64,000 nucleotides of DNA from the human T2T-CHM13v2.0 reference genome, Homo sapiens. Position numbers and translations under genes: made by a program. The stretch is taken from NCBI RefSeq assembly GCF_009914755.1, contig NC_060945.1; one strand, given 5' to 3'. Positions 57,524 through 64,000 of the stretch are shown here, one piece after another. The first letter of the stretch is position 1; every line of letters begins with the position of its first letter. The notes below the pieces were generated by a model, which saw nothing but the letters and a program-made list of their open reading frames with translations, ran no database searches and had not been told where the DNA came from.

Positions 57524-59713
57524 TGTCACAGTTGCCGTGATATTCTCACACATGCAGGTGTGTAGATCTCGTTCATTTTCACGTAGACAACGACAGCGAA
57601 ACCACAGAGAAAAGAAACATCCCGTGCATCACGGCCTGAGGATGGATTCCTGTTTCCTGCAAAATGGGGAGTCTCCAATATAGCCTGTTTGAAAACTGGA
57701 AAGGAGAGCACTGACACAATGCTGGTCTTCCACGCATTCCTGGAAGTTTCTGGGACCCCACAGAGCTCAGAAAACAAACAGTCAACATGGTCACGCTTTC
57801 GGTGGGCAGAAACTTGAGCAACAGGCACCTTTGCAGAGGGCAAAGAAACGTGGAATCCAGAATCACGCTTCAGTTGGCCTAAGTGTGACTCCTGTGTGGA
57901 TGGGACTATCCGCCTCGCGCTCTGTTGCAGGGCTCAACGTGGGGATATGTCATCTGTGAACCAAGTGGATGAAAAACAGACAACCACCTGAGTCTGGGCT
58001 CATTGCTCTCTGGGGAATTCGCTCATTCCTTCGGAAACGGAATTGGTCTGAATTGCTCCGGGATGAAGTAACCCAGGCTGGAGATCCAGAGGGCCCCTGA
58101 GCGCCCCACCGGCCAACGGGGCTGTGGGCCCAGCATTTAGCCCGCATTGGGCACCCAACATTTTCCCGGAGTGCTGGGTCCTGTTGGTTCTGGAGGCAGA
58201 AGACCGTTTTTCTCTCTGCCTTCCATTCTCTGTTTCTTGCTCCTTTTGCCCCTCGGTCCATCCTTCCCTCTGTTCTTCCTTCCCTCCCCCGGTTTTTTTC
58301 TCCCTTTCTCCCTCCCTCCCTCTTTCTCTCCCTTCCGGGGTCCCTCCTTCCACCCATCCTTTCCTAGCTCCATCCTTCCATCTCACTCTATCTCCGTTCC
58401 TGTCCTCATCTCTGCCTGCCTTCCCTCTTGCCTGGAAAGGGCAGCACCTCGGTTTGCATGGGGTCTCGGGCCTACATTTAGTTGCAAGGCGCTCCATGGT
58501 GCTGGCAAGGAGGCTGGCGGGACACGGGTTGGCAAGTGATGGTGAGCGAAGAGGCAGAGGAGTCGAGCTGCAGAAAGGAGAACTGGCCTGGCTTCTGCCC
58601 CGGCCCAGTGTTTCGCGGACTGAGGTCTCCGCCAACCCGCCTGAAGAACGCGGGGAAAAAGGGATGAGAGCTCCGCCTGGGCTAGTCAGAAAACCCAGGC
58701 TGCTGCCTGGAAACCCGCGCATGCGCAGTAGAGAGCCCACTTCCGGGTACCTGGACCGGCCCTGGGATCCCCGGCATGCTCAGGAATTCTTTCTTGTCAT
58801 TCTTGACAGCCCTCCTCTGTGTGGAGTCTCTCGCTGGACCTGGAACTCAGGGATCCTAGGCAGGTCAGCTGGAAGGGAAGGCACACCTCTCCATACCAAG
58901 CCTGAGGTTCACCGCGAAAGAGAGGCCGCCGCTCTGCCCCCACCCCGCCCCCACCCCGCCCCAACCTGCTCCTCCAGCAGAGCCCAGTGTTCGTCCTGGC
59001 TGAGGAGTGGTTCCAGCAAAGTGGACTCTTCCACGTCCTGCAGCTCCCCCAGTGGCGCCGGATCTAGGAAATATTGTGCCTTTTGCTGAAACTCTGGGGT
59101 TGACAGGAGCTCATCTAACAGGCTGGAGGTGAGTGCAGACCAGCTCCCCGGCTCCTGGAGCGGTTGGGAGGCGCCTGGATGGCTGGCATCTGTGCTTGAC
59201 GCGGAGGCCTCCGGGGTCGCGAGCTCCGGAGGTGGAGGTGCCCCGTCTTCGGGTTCCCACGCCGCCCTGGCGACCTGGGGCTCCAGCCCCACCACTGACT
59301 CCGGTGGGACGTGGGTGGCACAAGCACACCTTGCCCCTGTGACTCAGCTTGAGGGGGCCCAAACTGAGCAGGCGCCCAGCAGGCCGTCGCGCAACGGTTT
59401 CTGGTCTTCCTGTCATTTGTTGGGGTGCGGAGGCCACCAGGGAGTCTAAGGATGGGAGAGCCCCAGTTCCGGAGGAGCCAGGGCAGGGAACACAAAGCGC
59501 CACATTCCCAGGCAGGTTGGGAGAGTCCTTCTGCCTGCGCAGCCTGGCTGGGCTGGAGCAGGGGGATGGCCCTTGCTGCCTGGCTCAGGAAAGCCCCCTG
59601 TGGGAGAGCCCCAGGCGCACAGGGCATGTGGGGTGTGGGAAGCGCCGTTCCCCACGCCCTGTTGTGGGTGAACTCGATAGAGAAGGAAGGAGGGTGACAC
59701 CCACCGGGGGTGC
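57524..59713 (-). repeat. D4Z4-like macrosatellite fragment spanning a unit boundary
   Basis: KpnI site ggtacc at 58746-58751 in context gggatcccagggccggtccaggtacc...ctactgcgcatgcgcgggttt; GA-rich tract 58210-58430; D4Z4 proximal sequence to 57524. Confidence 0.9.
58909..59713 (-). pseudogene. DUX4L50: DUX4-like pseudogene fragment (post-homeodomain region and C-terminal activation domain only)
   Basis: AWGT.LP.PH.PCAPGALPQGAF.SQAARA and LLDELL..PEF.Q.AQ...ALLEE match DUX4; frameshifted; no homeobox. Symbol inferred from neighbourhood. Confidence 0.9.
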
Positions 59714-60125
59714 CAATTAGTAACCACAGTGGCCTCAAAGAACTCAAATGAAAGGAAGACTTGCACGTCTCTCACTTGAAGTCCAGAGCTAGAAATGATT
59801 AAGCTTAGTGAAGAAGTAGAATTTTCATAACTAGAGAGAAGTCAACGCTTGGCTTCAAAACTTCAAAGGATGGGCTGACTCTCTTTGAGGACCACTGCAG
59901 CTGGTGACTTTAAGTTACAGCCAGTGCTCATTGACCGCTCTGAAAATCTCAGGGCCCTTAAGAATTATGCAAAATCTATTCTTTCTGTGCTCTAGAAATG
60001 GAACATCACTGTCTGGGTGACAGCACATCTTTTAATAGCATGGTTTACTGAATATTTTAATCCCACTATTGAGACCTACTGCTCAGAAAAAAAAAAAAAC
60101 GATTCCTTTAAAAAGATTGTTGCTT

Positions 60126-60478
<353 letters not shown>

Positions 60479-60731
60479 TCACCTAGCTACCCAGAAGCTT
60501 AGATGGAGATGTACTTGGAAATTAATGTTATTTTCATGGCTGCTAATACAATATTTACCTTCAGCCTGTGGATCAAGGAGTGGTTTTGACTTTCAAGTGT
60601 TTTTATTAATTAATAAATGCATTTTGTAAAAGTATAGCTATCATAGATAGTGATTTCTTTGATGAATCTGGATAAACTGAATTGAAAACCTTTTGGAAAG
60701 GATTCACCATTAATCCTTTCATGATATTTGA

Positions 60732-60812
60732 ACCTCCTCCCGTGAATCACAAATGTCCTTAATAGCAATCCTTAAATGCCATTAAGGACATTTGTGATTG
60801 ATGGGAGGAGGT
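60732..60812 (+). ncRNA. MIR4477B: MIR4477 precursor hairpin (miR-4477b on +, miR-4477a on -)
   Basis: attaaggacatttgtgattgat at 60781-60802 and reverse complement ctattaaggacatttgtgattc at 60744-60765 match the recalled mature sequences; near-perfect stem-loop. Confidence 0.85.
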
Positions 60813-61696
60813 TGAAATATTAACATTAACAGGAGTTTGGAAGAAGTTGATTGCAGCCCTCATGGATGACTTTGAGGGCTCAGGATGTCAGTGGAGGAAG
60901 TCCCTGCAGATGTGGTAGAAATCGCAAGACAACTAGAATTAGAATTAGGGCCTTAAGGTGAGATGAAATTGCTGTAAACTCATGATGAAACTTGAACAAA
61001 TAGGGAGTTGCTTCTTATGGACGAGCAAAGAAAATATTTTCTTGAGATGGAATCTAATCCAGGTGGAGATGCTATAAACATTGTTGAAATGACAACAAAG
61101 GATTTAGAATATTCCATAAACCTAGTTGATAAAGCAGCAGCAGGGTTTGAGAGGGTTTACTCCAATTTTGAAAGAAGTTCTACGGTTGATAAAATGCTGT
61201 CAAACAGCATCACATGCTGCAGGGAAATCTTTTGTGAAAGGAACAATCTTCATTGTTTTAAGAAATTGACACAGGCACCCAACCTTCAGCAGCCCCAACA
61301 CTGATTAGCCAGCAGTCATCAATATAGAGGCAAGACCCTCACCAGCAAAAAGATTATGACTTCGTGAGGCTCAGATATTCATTAGCATTTTTTAGCACTG
61401 ACGTATTTTAACTTAAGGTATGTACACAGTTTTTTAGACATGCTGTTAATTACTAATTAATAATTATTAAATACTCATTAGACTACAATATAGTTTAAGC
61501 ATAACTTTAATAAGCACTGGGAAACAAAATGTTTATGCAACTAACTTGATTGTAACATTTGCCTTATTGCAGTGGTCTGGAACCAAACCCACACTATCTC
61601 TGAGGAGCTTGTAGGTTTTTGGTTGTAACATTTGCCTTATTGCAGTTGTCTGGAACCAAACCCACAATATCTCTGAGTATGCTTGTAGGTTTTTGG

Positions 61697-61994
61697 TTGT
61701 TCTTTGTTTTGAGATGGGGTTTCGCTCTGTCGCCCAGGCCAGAGTGCAGTGGCATGATGATAGCTCACTGCAGCCTCAAACTGCTGGGTCAAGTGATTTT
61801 TCTACCACAGCCTCCTGAGTGGCTGGGACTACAGGCATGCAGCACTATGCCTGGCTATTTTTTTTAATACTTTTTTTGTAGAGACGGGATCTCACTATGT
61901 TGCCCAGCTGGTCTTGAACTCCAGGGCTGAAGCAATCCAGCCACTTCAGCCTCCAAAAGTGCAGCCATTACAGGCTTGAGCCACTGCACCCAGC
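61697..61994 (-). mobile_element. AluJ
   Basis: Antisense dimer with J-type gatagctcactgcagcctc and cactatgttgccc. Confidence 0.88.
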
Positions 61995-62020
61995 TTGTCT
62001 GCAGTTCTTAAAACAAAAAC

Positions 62021-62343
<323 letters not shown>

Positions 62344-62349
62344 TTAAGA

Positions 62350-62890
62350 TAGATTTTTACAAATGTATATATCTACCATTACAGTATCATACAGAATGGT
62401 TTTACTGCCGTGAAGATTCTCTGTGTTCTGTGTATCCATCTCTTCCTTCCCCTTGGTCCATGGCAACCACTGATCTTTCTACTGTTCCCATAGTTTCACC
62501 GTTTCCAGAATGTCATATAATTGGAATCGAACAGTACATAGACTTTTCGGATTGGCTTCTTCTTTTAGCAATATGCATTTAAGTTTCCTCCATGTATTTT
62601 TTTGTGGCTTGATAGATCATCTCCTGTTAGCGGTGAATAATATCCCATTGCCATTATACTTTTGTCAAGACTCATAAAGTACAATGTGAAGAGTAAATAA
62701 TTATGAATGTGCACTGTAAGCTTTGATAATGAAGGGTCAAGGTAGGTTCCTGGTTGTCACAGGTGTGCTCCTGTGAGGCAGGAAGCTGTAGTGGGGAGGC
62801 TGTGTGTGGGGAAAGGGACATATGGGAGGTCTGTACTCTCTGCTCCGTTTAGCTGTGAACCTGCACTTCTCTAAAAAATAAAATTAGTTA
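62350..62890. mobile_element. L1MC/L1MD 3'-end fragments in both orientations
   Basis: ggcaaccactgatcttt...tttccagaatgtcatata (antisense), then atatgggagg.ctgtact...tgtgaacct (sense). Confidence 0.6.
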
Positions 62891-64000
62891 AAATTAAGGG
62901 CAAAAAATTAGAAAAATTAAAACATTACAATGTGTGATATAGTTTTCAAATCATAAGACAGAAAAAGACATAATAAAAGAAACTATAGAAAACAACAAGG
63001 ATAGGAATAAAAAACATCAGTGACAGAAGGCAGAAGACAGAAACGTGGAGCCAAACACATTAATTTATTTTAATCATTAGTTATACTCATTTATACTAAT
63101 TTATATTGATTTAACATATTAATTTTGGCTAAATGGCATTAAAGGAGGTTTGAGGAATTTGCATGTCACATTCTGGATGAGAGGACTCAATAATATTAAC
63201 TCTTTAGTTTGCTGTAAATCATTTAAAAATATGCTCAAATTCCAATAAAAATTCCAAGAAAAATATTTTCGAACAAGAAAATGAGATTTTAAATCCACAT
63301 ATTGAACACACACGAGAGCCAATTTTATAAAATTTACTATAAGATATTTAAGATTGTTATTACTATTCAAACTTAAACAAATTTGAAATGGCACAAAAAT
63401 AAACACATTAATGAAAGAGAATCAAAAACACAGAAATTGAGTGTAATTTTATCTAGTAACAGGGTAATATTTTAAACCTACAAAACAGAGCCATTTTTCC
63501 ATTTATGATGTTAAAATATTGGGTAGTGATTTGAGAATATAAAGTGATAGAATTGAATCCTGGTCCCACACCTTACATAAAAGTTAATTCCAGTATTAAA
63601 TGTAAAAAAAAAAAAAAAGAGAGAAAAGAAAAGAAAATTAGATGTACCTGTGTTTTATGACCTTGAGAATGAATGAATGTCTTCTAAAATCAAAATTGCA
63701 AACAGAAACTATACAAAAAGGAATAAACCTAACGTACCTAAAACGTAAATTCTTACACATTTCAACACCAAGTAAATAGCACAAACAAACTGGGGACATT
63801 TTTACAACAATTATGTTAGATGAAAGTTAAAATCCTTATGACATATACAATGTATAAAACAGTATTATTACCACTATTATTAATACCATTATGATTACCT
63901 GGTCTTCCCACGCACCGGTCCTCTTCTAGTGCCCTGTGGTGAAACAGAGCCCTCCCTCTCTGGCCACAGTGAGGGATCCAGCAGGAACCCTGCCTAAGCC

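Noticed and set aside
54030-58740. Long ORFs in 5S spacer and D4Z4-like DNA
   Set aside because: Compositional artefacts of GC-rich and CT/GT tracts
58124-59089. 321-aa + strand ORF
   Set aside because: Antisense to D4Z4/DUX, low complexity, not recognisable

Overview
Human/hominoid pericentromeric segmental-duplication DNA with no intact protein-coding gene. The marker set (MYO5B, CDK2AP2 and PTGER4 pseudogenes, a 5S pseudogene, a DUX4-like fragment and the MIR4477 hairpin) matches the chromosome 9 pericentromeric duplicon, most likely the 9q13 DUX4L50/MIR4477B copy; paralog numbers are from recall and orientation, not a search. Left to right: a 5'-truncated MYO5B retrocopy; a ~0.93-kb inverted duplication bracketed by (TA)n; a CDK2AP2 retrocopy with target-site duplications (TSDs); an unprocessed PTGER4 fragment; an L1 broken at a degenerate (CCCTAA)n array with TAR1 and TERRA-promoter-type 37/29-bp repeats; a ~290-330-bp GC-rich tandem repeat present twice; ~30 kb of nested L1/Alu/LTR including a full-length L1PA; a two-unit, Alu-less 5S rDNA orphon fused to a D4Z4-like fragment lacking both homeoboxes; and a Tigger1 carrying the MIR4477 palindrome. 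I see no demonstrably new biological system. The best leads are a possible TAR1-driven minus-strand transcript over three co-oriented pseudogenes, the 5S-D4Z4 fusion, the relic telomere junction and the inverted duplication.
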